64,000 nt of DNA, from contig CM052851.1 of assembly GCA_028534125.1 (NCBI GenBank), positions 49,662,001 to 49,726,000 of the forward strand, given 5' to 3'. The stretch is from Lama glama (Eukaryota). The translations under genes and the position numbers were made by a program. Each line of letters starts with the position of its first letter. Position 1 is the first letter of the stretch. The notes under the pieces were generated by a model. The model was not told the DNA's origin. It was given only the letters and a program-made list of their open reading frames with translations, and ran no database searches. Shown here in pieces: positions 27,000 to 40,158 of this stretch.

Positions 27000-29090
27000 G
27001 TTTTTAAAAAAAAACATGGTTTTCATTATAAAAGATTAATGCTCATTGTAGAAAATTTAAAACAAAGAGAAGCCATGAGATTAAAATGAAAACTGACCCA
27101 TAGCCACAGCACCCAGAAATAATCACTGTTGACATTTGGTACCAGTATCTACACTAAACAAATGTATAAATCTTTTGTTTCTTTTTCTTTAAGGGATCAT
27201 AAAGTTTATACCTTGGGAAAATAGCCAGTTTCATTTAACAGTGTACCATGAACATTTTCCCATGTCATTAACTACTCTACAACATCATTTAATGACTACA
27301 TGAATATTCTTTCATGTATTGCAGGAGTATAATAAGCCAAACCACTAATATTAACTAGTTAGGCTTTACCTAATATTTTGCTTGGTTTTTACACCAATGT
27401 GTAAATTTAAGAGATTGTGTAACATCTCTGGCTCAGTTTCATCATTTAAAAACTGGAGATAATAATATTATATTTTCAGAGAATTGGGTAAGGGATTAAA
27501 TGAGCTAATTTATGGACAATCACAAGAGGTCAGTGATTATTAACCATCATTCTTATGTTGCTATAACCAACTTGCAGTAATGTCTTGGTACAAATATTTT
27601 GTGCACTCTGATTTCTTTGGAGTTTCCAGGTTAATGATATTATACTTAGATTTTTGATGCATAATGGAAAACTCACATTCCCCAAAATGTACCAACATGC
27701 ATACTCATCAGCAATGCATGAATCTGTATCGTCACTGACCTGGTTCTTGGAATTATTTGGTCTTCTCCGGCATGATTAATGTAAAACTGTTATATTCTGC
27801 TATTTTAATTCACATTCTTACATTGTTTTATTCAACATTTCAAGGCTTCATTTAGGAATTTCCAGTTACTGTCCTTTATTCAGTTTTCTATAGAGCTTTT
27901 TATCATTGTTTTTACTGAGTTGCAAAATATGTTTACATATTCAAGGTAACAACCTGTTATTTTCATATATATCTTGCTATTTTTGCTATTTTTGTAATTT
28001 GATTATGCATATCTTTTCAGATCCTTCAGGAGGCATACATTTTTATGTAACTATATTCATAAATCTTCCATCTCTTTGAGTCATGTTTATAAAGTCCTTC
28101 CTCATTCTAAGACTAGGCGAATATTCAACTGTACATTTTGTCTAGAATTTCTATTGATTCAATTTCTATTTATCATTTTAATTAAAGTTTACAGTGCAAC
28201 ATAGACATATGTCTTTTTTTTCACAAACAGCAAGTTGATGAATTTAATATTTAGGAATTTTACGTTATTTGAAATTTTGCTTTTTTTATGTTTTTCTGTC
28301 TGGATGTTTTTACCAAAAATATGTTCTCTATTGTTTTAAATCTGCTAATATGTTAATAAAATATTTCTTGGTAATTTTTTAGTTTTTAAAAATTATTCTT
28401 TTAGTTGCACTTTGAAAGTTAAAATGATGTTAGTGTTATCATCAGATTAAATTTTAAACTAATAATAAAATGTGAAGTCTTTCCAATGTTGAGTTTTCTA
28501 ATTCAAAAATGTCAAATATATCTCTCCATTAATATATCTCAATACATAGTATATATCTTAATATATAAAATATCTCAATAATATTCTGTGGGGTACTTGA
28601 TATTAACACTATGTGTTTCTTAACTATAGTCACGGATATTTTATAAATTTTTATCATAAATAAATGTTTTCTTATATTGATGCAAGGAATAACCAGTTAC
28701 AAATATAAAAAAACTATTTCTCATGTATATTTTTTCTTTTGCTATTTTTCAAGTTACTGTCATTTCATTTTTTTCCACAAATGTTTAGAATGTTTTATTT
28801 ACATGCTTTGTTTTCACTTTTAACCAACATCAAAAGAACAGTCTTTTTTCTGTTCCAAACATGGACATCATTTCAGAGAGAAGATGGCTTCTAAGTTAGG
28901 AGCGGAGATACATGTCTATTGAGCCTGTGATTTTTTTCATTTGTTAAAACATTCTATTTGAATTTTTTGACCATTGCATGAAGAAAATCCCCTAACTTAA
29001 AAAAGATTTATTTTATTCCACTTTACAATTTATAAACACTATATATTTTTCTTAGCTTATTGCATTGGATAGAAAGTCCAATCTTTTTAT
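27000..29090 (-). mobile_element. Degraded L1ME LINE (3' UTR/ORF2) with a MIR inserted at ~27410-27540
   Basis: gctcattgtagaaaattt...cacccagaaataatcactgttgacattt...catactcatcagcaatgcatg...tattgcattggatagaa. Confidence 0.65.
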
Positions 29091-29667
29091 TCATTAAAAG
29101 CTCATGTCATCCTATATGCTAAAAAATATTTATACAGTTAGCAAGTTTCTAGAACTATAGTACTACCACACAACTCCTTCTAGTTTTCAAAAATCCTTTA
29201 ACATCTTTTATCTCATTTTTCTTAACAAGTCTGTGATATGAGAAGTTGTATTTTTCTTATATAGAATATGGGGAAAAAAACCTGGGATTTTAAATAACTC
29301 ATTCAAGGTACTGCAGCCAGTAATTAAAAAACAAAACAAAACAACAACAAAAAAACAGGAATAAAATCTAAGTTTTTCCGCTTCTAGGCTAGGGCTCTTT
29401 TCAAAATAGCAATTCAGCAACTTGCCTCCTCTTTTATAAATGATTTGGGAAATCTTCAAATTTTAGATGTAACAAAAATATTTTTGAATATGTAGACATT
29501 TGCCTTGTATGAGATGTTATTTATTAAATAAATAACATACACATGTGTTTCACTGAACAACATGTAAACCAGCTAAATCACTGCACGTTAACACCAATTC
29601 AGAAAGTAGTGTTGTGGACCAAACCCTTAGGTACTGGGATATAAGAACTGATGAGACAAAATCAACA

Positions 29668-30011
29668 TATTAGTCAGAATAGACTAGATTTTGCTGTGAT
29701 CAATAAAAAAAAAAAGATCTCAAATACTTGTGGCTTAAAATTTTTTTCTCTCAAGCTACCTGGCCCATTTTGGGTGAGCAGGAGTGTGCTGTGTTCCTGT
29801 AGTAGCCTAGAAAAGTCCACTGACATTTTTTACTCATTTTCTCACAATCCATGTGTCAGAGAAGAGAATGTGGCATGTCACTCTCTGGATGTGGAAGTGG
29901 CTGAGATCACAAGGCTGTGCCTAATTTGGAAAGGGGTAAAGAAGTGCAATCCTACCATGTGCTTGGAAGGAGAGGGGCAGGATATTTATGAACATCGTAA
30001 CAGTCTCTAAA
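29668..30011 (-). mobile_element. MLT1K/L-like MaLR LTR
   Basis: tattagtcagaatagactagattttgctgtga...gaagtgcaatcctaccatgtgcttggaaggagag. Confidence 0.7.
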
Positions 30012-30738
30012 CTGCAGTACTGGAGCTATTCACAGCATTTTGAAGAAGAGAGAAACTAAACACATAATTACAGTAATTATAATATAGTACTATAAATTGA
30101 AATATGGTAGGAGAAAAGTCATCTATAGGAGTGGAAGGCAACAATTCAATGTGCATGGAGAAGACAGAAAATACTTCTTAGGGAAATTGACATGCAACTT
30201 GACTATCATGATAAATTAACTAAGGAGATTAAGAAAGAGAACATTTTACTCATAATTTATACTTCAGTGCAATAAAGAAATAGCTACTTAGAGAAAGAAG
30301 CATAAAGAAAGACCAAGTTTCAGTGGGTTATTCACAATACTTCGTATCAGTTTAGATAAATTACTTAACCTCTCTAGACCACAAGTTTCATGATGATATA
30401 AGGAAACTGAACTAGTAACATTCTTTTCAGCTATAACATTCTATGTTGGAATTTTTTATGTTAGAAATTTATTGGTAATTCTCAAGTTCTAATATATTAG
30501 TAATCATAACATATCAGAGGAAGTCAGATGGAAGAGATAGCAAATGATTCTGCACTATGCATGCCAATTCTAATTGCTTAGAAGTGTCTGTCTGGAACAC
30601 TCTACTGAATAAGAGGCAGCCTGAGAAAGAATGGTGGGAAAGACTCTCAATGTCTTCCCTGGACCAGGACTGGGTAGTACAGAAGTAAAGGTGGGAGTGA
30701 GTAGGGATGTAGGAGTGGTTATTTCTGTGGGTTCTTGG

Positions 30739-30857
30739 TATAGAAGTGGTGCCATTTCAGCAGTTGTTAAGCCTCTGATAAAAATACCTTGTGTGATATC
30801 ACACTAGTATATTTTTATCACAGGCTTAACAACTGCTGAAATGGCAGCACTTTTATA
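30739..30857. repeat. Near-perfect loopless inverted repeat (59/60-bp arms, centre GAT|ATC)
   Basis: Left arm tatagaagtggtgccatttcagcagttgttaagcctctgataaaaatac-cttgtgtgat versus right arm reverse complement tataaaagtgctgccatttcagcagttgttaagcctgtgataaaaatatactagtgtgat. Confidence 0.95.
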
Positions 30858-31418
30858 GTGATATATTTTATGTATCACTTTTTATAGTGAGATATATATA
30901 TATATATTTCCAGTGTGATATATGAAACTTTAACATCAGTGGTCAGACAAGTCATCTAGGAGCCAGAAGTGCTCCTCCCCTTTCTGTACCACACTTGCTC
31001 TGGTGCTCATGAATGCAGAAGACTAATTACTGGGGACCCAGCCCCCCCAGGGATTCCCTTTCTTATGTTGATAATCCCTCCTGTCTGTGGCTCTGGGAAC
31101 ATGCAAATACAATTTGGTGGAGAAAAAGACACAGAGAAAAAGTTATACTGTGCATGAAGAGTATAAAGTAGAAAACTACAGGGCAAAGTAGAGAATGTCT
31201 CTTAAAAAGTAGATGCAGGCTTTTAGCCCCTTCCATACTTTAAATGAATTATTGTTTTCACGATTTTTTTTCCTAGAGAAAGCAAAGGTTAAAATCTATT
31301 CTCAAAACAATTCCATACTTTTCAAGTTCCTTCCTCACAGATGTAGGTACAAACCAAGACTCTTCATAAATGTAGTGTTATGATACTGCTAAACCCCTGA
31401 AAGAGGAGGTAGCCTCTA

Positions 31419-31742
31419 TCAAGGTCAGCACACAAAGTCCTAGAAGCCAAATACAGCCACTGTCTCATTTTGAGCCTGTGAGCAAGGATTGAATTTTACA
31501 GTTTTAAAAAACAGAAGAAGAATCAAAAGAATAACATGTTTTACCCTATGAATAGGATATAAAATTCAATTTTTTGTCTACTTGTAAATTTGTGTTAAAC
31601 TGACACTCATTCATTTGCGTGTTGTCTTTGACTGCTTTCATATTACAAGGGCAGAGTTGACTAGTTGAAACAAATATCATATGACCTGCAGGCCTAAAAT
31701 ATTTACTATTTTGTGTTTTATAGGAAAAGCTTTCTGATCCCC
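31419..31742. mobile_element. MER58B-like hAT-Charlie element
   Basis: aaggtcagcacac...gcctgtgagc...cctaaaatatttactattttgtgttttataggaaaagctttctgatcccc. Confidence 0.8.
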
Positions 31743-32809
31743 AGACGATATGATTAAATCAACAAGGTCCTAATATACTCTTTTAAATAAATCTGTATTC
31801 TGTGATTACTATCAATGGAAGCATTTTAGTTGAATAAGTAGAGTAAATATAAGCTTATATGAGATTATGCTTTAGAGACTAAAGTGAAAGGGGTAGTAGG
31901 AGTGATATTTTATAATTTGTCATACGTTCTAATAGTATCAAAAACAATGATAAAAGCAGAAAATGACATATAATGAAAATAAAGGAAGAGTAGAAGTATT
32001 TGTGTATATTTCTAAAGAGGTTTTCTGATAAGTGTCACTATTTTATAGAGCATAGGTATAAAGAACAAGACTAGCACTGAGAGAAAAAAAAAAAAAACAA
32101 CAGAAAATGCACCATGCAAGATCTTGACATTTTTAATCATGACTTTATGAAAAACAGAAGATGAAGAAAAAATTCACTACATTAAATATAGATCAACAAA
32201 AATCATACTAAAAGAAATGAATGGCACATGCTTTACTCAGGAAAAGCTCAAGGCAGCATAAAAGAAAGAGAAAACTGATTCTGGCAAAGGAGACTGAAGG
32301 TTTCCTCTCCTGAGAGCCACATGAGTTTTCATTAACATATCAAGGGGACTGATGTTCCAGGAAACAACTAGCCCCAACAACAACAAAAAATCAATTATGA
32401 TATAAAACTAATAAATATTTCCATATAATTAATAGACATCCTTTCTTCTATATTCATCATTTAGTAGGAGACAATCGAGAAGTACTAACCTTTTTAAGTA
32501 ATGAAGGACCTGTAATTGCTAAGGTAGTCTTTGGAACCACATTTTATATTAAAATCTGAAGAACTGAACAACATTCAAAATATACTCAAATTTTATGTGC
32601 TCTTGAATTTACAGAGATATTTTTAAAATGTGTGTTTATCTATATTTCAACTCCTGGGGATCTGTACTTGCCCACAAGGTTATGGAATTTGAGATGAAAA
32701 TGACCTTCATTGACAGATGTCCAGTAAGTGTCCAATGAGAAATGTGTATCATAATTGGATTCACAGTTCTAGGGCTGGGTTAGGGGAGTGAAGGAGCCTG
32801 CAGGGAGTG

Positions 32810-32990
32810 ATCACTATGTTATAGGCATTGTACTAAGTGATTTACAAGGATTATTTAATTTAATATTCACAAGACATTGACAAGTTACTCTGCTTGATAC
32901 ATGAGAAAATTGAGATGCACAGAAAATAGATTATGTGTCTGTTGTCTATTTAGTAGAAAGTTGTAGAGCTGAACTTAGAAATCTAAAAAG
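32810..32990 (-). mobile_element. MIR SINE
   Basis: ggcattgtactaagtgatttacaaggattatttaattt...atgagaaaattgagatgcacaga. Confidence 0.65.
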
Positions 32991-33521
32991 CATCCTACTC
33001 TCAGGATACTGCTCTGTTTATATTTATGGTAGGATTATCCCAGGACAAGCTACAATTAATAAAATACAGCTGAAAGTTCAGAGCAGTGTCCTGAGAATAG
33101 GATGACTTAACTCCTGTGATGCTCAATTGCCTGATTTTTGAAACAAGGATATCATTACTGATGACTTCACAAAACTCTTGGAGAGAGGAGATTCCCTTAA
33201 CTCATGCCTGGCATAGGGTTAGTGCTCAACAAATGATGAATTTTAACTTCTTTTTTTGGTATGAAAATTAATGATTCAGTATACTTTTCCTAAGTGCACT
33301 TATGTGATTTTTCGTATCACTATATTCATCAGTTTTTGTTGGTGGAATAAACAAAAGCAAACCAAACCTTGGGAACCTTTAGTAAACAGCTGGTAACAAC
33401 ATTTAGCTTCAGGAAACACACCTAAGGAATTTAAAAGGACAGACACATTCACACTAATGTTTGCGCTTTTGATGATGAGCTTTATGAGCAAGGACACCAT
33501 TGCTTACTCATATCTGAATAC

Positions 33522-34320
33522 AACAGTCTCCTCTTATCCGCAGGAAGCCACTTCCAAGACCCTCAGGTCATGCCTGAGACCATGGATAGCACTNNNNNNN
33601 NNNNNNNNNNNNNNNNNNNNNNNNNNNNNNNNNNNNNNNNNNNNNNNNNNNNNNNNNNNNNNNNNNNNNNNNNNNNNNNNNNNNNNNNNNNNNNNNNNNN
33701 NNNNNNNNNNNNNNNNNNNNNNNNNNNNNNNNNNNNNNCTCTTTCAAAATATCTTATTCTACAAATTTAAAGCACTTCTCACACACTACAGCTGTAACGT
33801 TTGCAGTTTGAGATAACACAGCAAAGCTAAAATTAATTTATTTGTCTTTCTTCACAATTTTGTGGATAGATTTGTCCTTACCATAGTTCTTTGCAACTTT
33901 AGCATATAATTTTTTTTTCTTTCCTTATTAAGTTGAGAACTTTCAACTTTTCACTTAAAGGAAGCACTTTCCAGTTTCTCTTTGGCAAGTCTTAATTGCC
34001 AACATCTATACTCTTGTACTTTGGGGTCATTACTAAGTAATATGAGGGTTACTTGAACACAAGCACTATGACACTTCAACAGTCAACCTGATAACCTAGA
34101 CAGCTACTAAGTGACTAGTGGGTGGGATATGCTGGACAAAAGAATGATTCATGTCCTGAGTGGGATGTTTTGAGATTTCATCATGCTACCTGGAAGGGCA
34201 TACAATTTAAAACTTACAAGTGGTTTATTTCTGGAATTTTCCATTTAAAATTTCAGAAAAACGTTAACCATGGGTAACTGGAACTACGGAAAGTAAAACC
34301 TTAGTGAAGGGCAGCTTACT
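33522..34320 (-). mobile_element. MER44/Tigger7-like DNA transposon spanning a gap
   Basis: Left end cagtctcctcttatccgcagg...ttccaagaccc; right end tttctggaattttccattt...gggtaactggaactacggaaagtaaaacc...ttact. Confidence 0.8.
33594..33738. other. Assembly gap (145 N)
   Basis: N run. Confidence 1.
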
Positions 34321-34464
34321 CAAAACTTACTCATAATTCACATTGTAAATATCCTTCTAGATTGTTTGAGGAAATAAATACATTTTGTTCTTTAACTGAA
34401 ATACAGATCCTGAATAGCAGCAAGAGTATTTTATCAGATAATTAGGATCAATGCATGCATCTTA

Positions 34465-35005
34465 ATTATTTTTGATTGAGGTACAATTGACATATAACAT
34501 TACATTACTTTCAGGTGTACAACATAATTATTTTATATGTTTATATATAGCAAAATGATCACCACAATAAGTCTAGTTAACATCTGTCCTCATACACAGT
34601 TGCAGAACTTTTTCCTTTGTGATGAGAACGTTTAAGCTCTTCTCTCTCAGCAATTTCCAAATATGTAATATAGTCATCCCTACAGTATCTGTAGGCTGTT
34701 GGTTCCAGGACCCCCAGCCCAACAAATGCCAAAATCCACAGATGCCCAAGTCACTCACACAAAATGATGTAGTATAGTCAGCCCTGTGTATCTGGGGGTT
34801 CGACAAGTGCTGGTATGGAGGGCTGACTGTACAGTTCTAACAACTAATCACCATGCTGTACATTACATCCTCACGACTTATTTATTTTATAACTTGAAGT
34901 TTGTACCTTTTGACCCCCTTTATTCATTTCACACACCCCTACCCCTACCACTGGCAATCACCAATCTGCTTTCTGTATCTGTAACTAAAAGCTTGTTTTT
35001 TTTCC
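34465..35005 (-). mobile_element. L1MA9-like 3' end, split by a MITE
   Basis: ttgaggtacaattgacatataacatt...aaaatgatcaccacaataagtctagttaacatc...ctggcaatcaccaatctgctttctgtatct. Confidence 0.85.
34671..34829 (+). mobile_element. Short MER2-like Tigger MITE
   Basis: TIRs tagtcatcccta...gagggctgactg with TA on both sides (34669-70, 34830-31); internal ggttccaggacccc...aaaatccacagatgcccaagtc. Confidence 0.8.
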
Positions 35006-36607
35006 TTTTTTGCGAGGTGTGCATATAAGGGGAATGGCACTTCCCTGAGATGTGCCTCTTTTGTGTAGTACACAACTTGAACAACCAGACATGACAGACT
35101 TCACTGTGAAAAAGCGTAACACATTGGCACACTTGCATCTAATATCCCAGTGGAAAAACTATGCCCAGACACAAATGTAGCATGGTTTAAGAAAATAAAA
35201 AAAGATAATCCAAGACTGATCATTCAATACTAGTTATGTATTTGAAAATACATGCCATTATATAAGGGTATATATGTCTTCTGAAATGTTTTCCATTTAT
35301 ATTTCCATTTTTATATACCTAATATTACTTGATCAACTATTTTGTCACATGGCATGTTAAACCTACACAGGGATTTAGAGATAATTACATTTTAATTGCT
35401 TAACTTTAAAGGTGAAGAACTTGACATACAGAAAGATTAAGATGCCCACGGTGACACAGCATCCAAACAGGAAAACAAACTACTAGTTGCCAGATGTTGA
35501 CATCTTTTTCACTGTGCATATTTATTAGCCATTTCATGAAAAGATAATTGTTTATTAAATTTACACGTGTTAAATAACCGTTTTGCTTTTTGCTAGGCAT
35601 GCCTTGTGTCTTCCCCCTCCACTTGACCTCTCACATGCTGCTATTGCTGTGATCATTCTAAAGCAGAAATAACAGAAAGAGAATCATGCACATCTCTTGC
35701 AGGGAATATGAATATGCTCCTGTTCTGCAAGTCTTGATTTATACATTCTTTCAAAAATATATCTATCGTTTATATGAAAGATGCTGGTCATACAATAATG
35801 AAATACACACGAAATCTAATCTCATGGTATATCTGGTGAGAGACATATGCTATGGCAAAAAAACCCCAAAACATCATACAAATAAATACAGAAGTATTAA
35901 TTTCTTTAGTGATAATAAGAAAAATAAGGGTTCTAAAGTTGATGTGGCAGGAGAGAGAGGGGTTCACTAAGGAGACAAAGTCATCCAGGTAAGAGGACAG
36001 GCTCTGGAGCACAGGTGATAGTGCCCATGCACTCATGAGCTATAAGCTCCAACTTCATATTAAATCACCCCTCCTACCTCTCCCGCCTCATTGTGACAGT
36101 TTCTCCTTCTTGCTCCACAAAATATCCATGCACTCCTACTTAAAGTATACTTCTGTTTTTTGTTCCTGGCAACATATTTCAGCTTCTAAGACCCAGTTCA
36201 AAAAATGCCTACTGTTCTAACAAACTCTGTAGGCAGAACTCCTCATGGTCTATCCAGTGTTCTCATATGTTTTGCAAAGACTTCAATGACCATTGGGTAC
36301 TTTGCTGATTTATTTGCATGTTTTTATCATTAGACTGCAAATTCAATGAGAACAAAAACTGTGTTTTATTCATTTTTGCATCCTCTTAGGGCTCTCTTAA
36401 TACAAATTGATCTAAATGAATGAATTAATGAGTTATATTCCTTGAGTCAGGGGAGTTAGTGACAAAATTAGGACTAGAACCCAGATCTCTAAATTCCCAG
36501 CTCAGATTCACTTGGCATTCTAAACACACAAATTGGGTGTAACTTTACAACATGACATGGTATCAAAAAGACAAAGGCAATTTATACCGAGTTTGAAAAG
36601 GGAGATA

Positions 36608-37107
36608 NNNNNNNNNNNNNNNNNNNNNNNNNNNNNNNNNNNNNNNNNNNNNNNNNNNNNNNNNNNNNNNNNNNNNNNNNNNNNNNNNNNNNNNNNNNNN
36701 NNNNNNNNNNNNNNNNNNNNNNNNNNNNNNNNNNNNNNNNNNNNNNNNNNNNNNNNNNNNNNNNNNNNNNNNNNNNNNNNNNNNNNNNNNNNNNNNNNNN
36801 NNNNNNNNNNNNNNNNNNNNNNNNNNNNNNNNNNNNNNNNNNNNNNNNNNNNNNNNNNNNNNNNNNNNNNNNNNNNNNNNNNNNNNNNNNNNNNNNNNNN
36901 NNNNNNNNNNNNNNNNNNNNNNNNNNNNNNNNNNNNNNNNNNNNNNNNNNNNNNNNNNNNNNNNNNNNNNNNNNNNNNNNNNNNNNNNNNNNNNNNNNNN
37001 NNNNNNNNNNNNNNNNNNNNNNNNNNNNNNNNNNNNNNNNNNNNNNNNNNNNNNNNNNNNNNNNNNNNNNNNNNNNNNNNNNNNNNNNNNNNNNNNNNNN
37101 NNNNNNN
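36608..37107. other. Assembly gap (500 N)
   Basis: N run. Confidence 1.
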
Positions 37108-37688
37108 TTCCCAAGGTGGAGCCTTTTTCATGTCCAGGCAGAATTAGATATATCTTCTCCCACAGACACACTGCTTTTTGAAAGCACTCCACCTTCACTA
37201 CAGCTGTTGTCAAAAAAATCCACGATCGTTGACTCCCATATCTATTTGTCAACTAGACTTTGTCCTTCTTGAACGCAGTCTCCATGGATCCAGAGTTGCA
37301 TTTGGAAGTGCATGTTCCGGTGTGTGGCACATAGACATTCAATGAATTATTACTGAGTGAATAACTATACAAATGTAAAGAGGTTTTGCTAGTAATTGGC
37401 TTCAGTGTATTTCAGAGAATTAGGTGTTAGTTGTTTCTTCCCCGGCTGAGACCGTTTCCTTTATTTCCATTTTATAACATGGACTCTGAAAACCTAACAA
37501 CAAGTTTACTTTTCAATAGCTGAATTGCATCAATTTGGTGAACTTATAATGGGTTTGTTTTATTCATCACCTTGTTTTATTCACCATCTTCCGCTGTAAA
37601 TTCTTTTCATGGGGTTTCTATGGTTTAATGATAACCAGAAATGACTCAAGCAGTTAAAGAATTCACTTCATTAGTGCAGAGTGTACTA

Positions 37689-37703
37689 ATTTGCATCACA
37701 AAA
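37689..37703 (-). promoter_or_regulatory. Candidate SOX-POU (OCT-SOX) composite motif
   Basis: Minus strand TTTTGTGATGCAAAT (14/15 to CWTTGTNATGCAAAT) in a stretch with no recognisable repeat; motif match only. Confidence 0.3.
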
Positions 37704-39789
37704 CAATTCATTTAAATACAGAAAGCTGCTCTGCACGTCTCTTCTTCATGCCTAGTATAATTGCACCTTTATTAATGCAAACTCTCAAGGTATCCATCTT
37801 AACGGGCTTGTTCTCCAGCTGTCAGGGAGGGGGAAGACCAATATTTTCTCTGGTGTTTTTAAGAAGTGAAGAGAGGCCAATGCTATAAAGTAAAAAATGT
37901 ATGCTACTTAAGTGTATTGCATTCACTTTTGCAGTAAAATAGCATGGATGACCTCTGTCTTACAGTGGCAGGATCATGAGAGGGACCTGACTTCAAATCC
38001 TGGTTCCATCAATTATTTATAAATGTACTTACATTATCTCAATACTTTGTCTCCCTCTCTCTTTCTCTACTAGTACAAGTTTATTTTCAAACCAACTCTG
38101 TACATAATATTACAATTAAAGTGTAATATTGTGGTATTACAGAAAAGGAGTATGCTTTGGAGTCAGCAGACCTAGACTAAAGTTTTCTAGCATGTGTTAC
38201 CTGCATATTTTAAACTCATTCTGTATTAGGTGGCTGTGAGGATAGACTGAGGTGGTGAATGCAAAGTGCACAACAGAGTGCTAGTTGCTCAGCAGGTGAG
38301 GGATAAACGTCAGGGAGCCCTGTTCAATGATGAATTGGGCAGTATATGATGTTTTCTTCCGCTCTCTCTTCCTTTCTCCTTTCTGTATGCATCTATTAAT
38401 CATCCCGGGTACAGACCCTTGTGAAGGGAGGTTCATGTTCAAAACCATAAAGCAATTCCTGTACCCATAGTCTTCACTTCCGACAGCCCTCCCCTTGCTT
38501 TTCAGAAACAGCAGACACTTTTCTGATACACAAGCAGCTTCTAACTCTGAACAGAAAATCACTGGCTCAAATCATTTACACCTTGATTGATACTCATTCA
38601 GAGTAAACGCAGACTCCTCTCTGTGTTCTGAGCACTTCTGGAGAGGCATCCGCTGCAATCAAGGCTCCTGGAGGTAGCTGCTCCGAGGACGGAAACCAGC
38701 GGTAGCAGCTGCCACTTTCTGATCACCAGGGACACGGAGAGCTCTGGGATCCACCCTGAACACGAGCTCTGTCTCCACGCTTCCTGGCTGCTATGAAGGC
38801 ACGTGGTTCTGCCTACAACTCAGAGAGGAGAAACTAAGAGGCAGAGAAAGGAATCATCACTTGATCAAAGACACGTAATTAGGGGGAAAGGAAAAAGGAC
38901 ACCTGCTTTATAGAGCTGCTGGATAAGCGTCCAAACACCACCGGTGTTCAGTGTGGGCCCCTCCCCCTCTTCTTTAATGTTTACTCAGTCTCTTTACGAG
39001 GCCCAGAAAAAGGCTGCAGAGGGAGGCCTACCCTACCGTCTACCTGCACACTTAAAAGCTATGAATCAAGTCATGACACGGTTAAAGGCATTCTATCTTC
39101 TAAGCTGAAAATTAAACTTGAATTCCAAACTCGTGCACATCTTAGACTTCTAAGCTAAATGCGGTAGTGCCAGCAGATACCTCTCCTAAGCCACAAAGCC
39201 ACGTCTCCCAGTCCCAGATTTGACCCTACTCTTCTCAGCTACCTCTGGCTCATCTCATAATGAGGAGGGGCTTGGGGACATGTGTGTGGATCCCCCGCCC
39301 ACACATCCAAGCTCCATCTGTATTCCCACACACATCTATCATATGGCCACATGGGCCTCAGATGTACCCCACACAAATACGGCTGGAGGCCAGGGGAAAT
39401 TTTAGACAGTGGATGTTGGGATCTCAATTACCCAGAGTGTACATATCCACTCATGGTCTAGGGGCACTTTTACCTCTGACTTCATTGGATCTTCATCACA
39501 TAAGAAGGTGTGTGTTGAAAAGAGGCCAGATGCCTAGAGTAAGCACCAACCATTCTTGACTTAGTCTAAACGTGGCTGTGTGTTTTGCCCTTAAAGACCA
39601 AGAATCCCCGGCCAGTTGGCAGTGCAGTCCCTGTATTCCATGGGCCACCGTCCCTGGAAGAAGTTCCATCCCCTGCATTCACTGGGGAATCATGTTGATT
39701 TTCTCCTTCCTGTTTTCTGTCTCTCTCCCCTGTGTCCTCACCTCTTCTTCATTCCCTCTCTCTGTTCCCCTTTTTCTGTTTAGAAGAGT

Positions 39790-39990
39790 TGCTTCAGGAA
39801 TCAAGCAGCCTGAGTTCAAATACTGGCCTCTCATTTGTTATTTACGTGGTCTTGCGTTACTGCCTGGTGTCTCTGTGCTGCAGGTTCCTTATCTGCGAAG
39901 CGTGTGTACTCATGGCTCCAATCTCATTTGACTGTGGTGGGAATCATAGGAGGCAGTGTATGTGCCTACCACATTTTAGCAGCTTAATAG
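39790..39990 (+). mobile_element. MIR SINE
   Basis: ggaatcaagcagcctgagttcaaatactggcctc...ctctgtgctgcaggttccttatctg. Confidence 0.65.
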
Positions 39991-40158
39991 ATGTTGGCTT
40001 CTTTCCCTCCTTCCCTGCCTCCCTCCCTCTTTACCTCCTTCCTTTCATTTTTCCCTTGACTTTTTTCTCCCTTGCTTCCTACTTCTGTTGTTTTTCTCTC
40101 TGTTCCTTATTTAACCATAGACTCTTCTGTAACTGCCATAGAACTAGGTCTTGAACCA

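Noticed and set aside
39572-40154. 119- and 140-aa hydrophobic ORFs
   Set aside because: They span a MIR and pyrimidine-rich low-complexity DNA that lacks stop codons.
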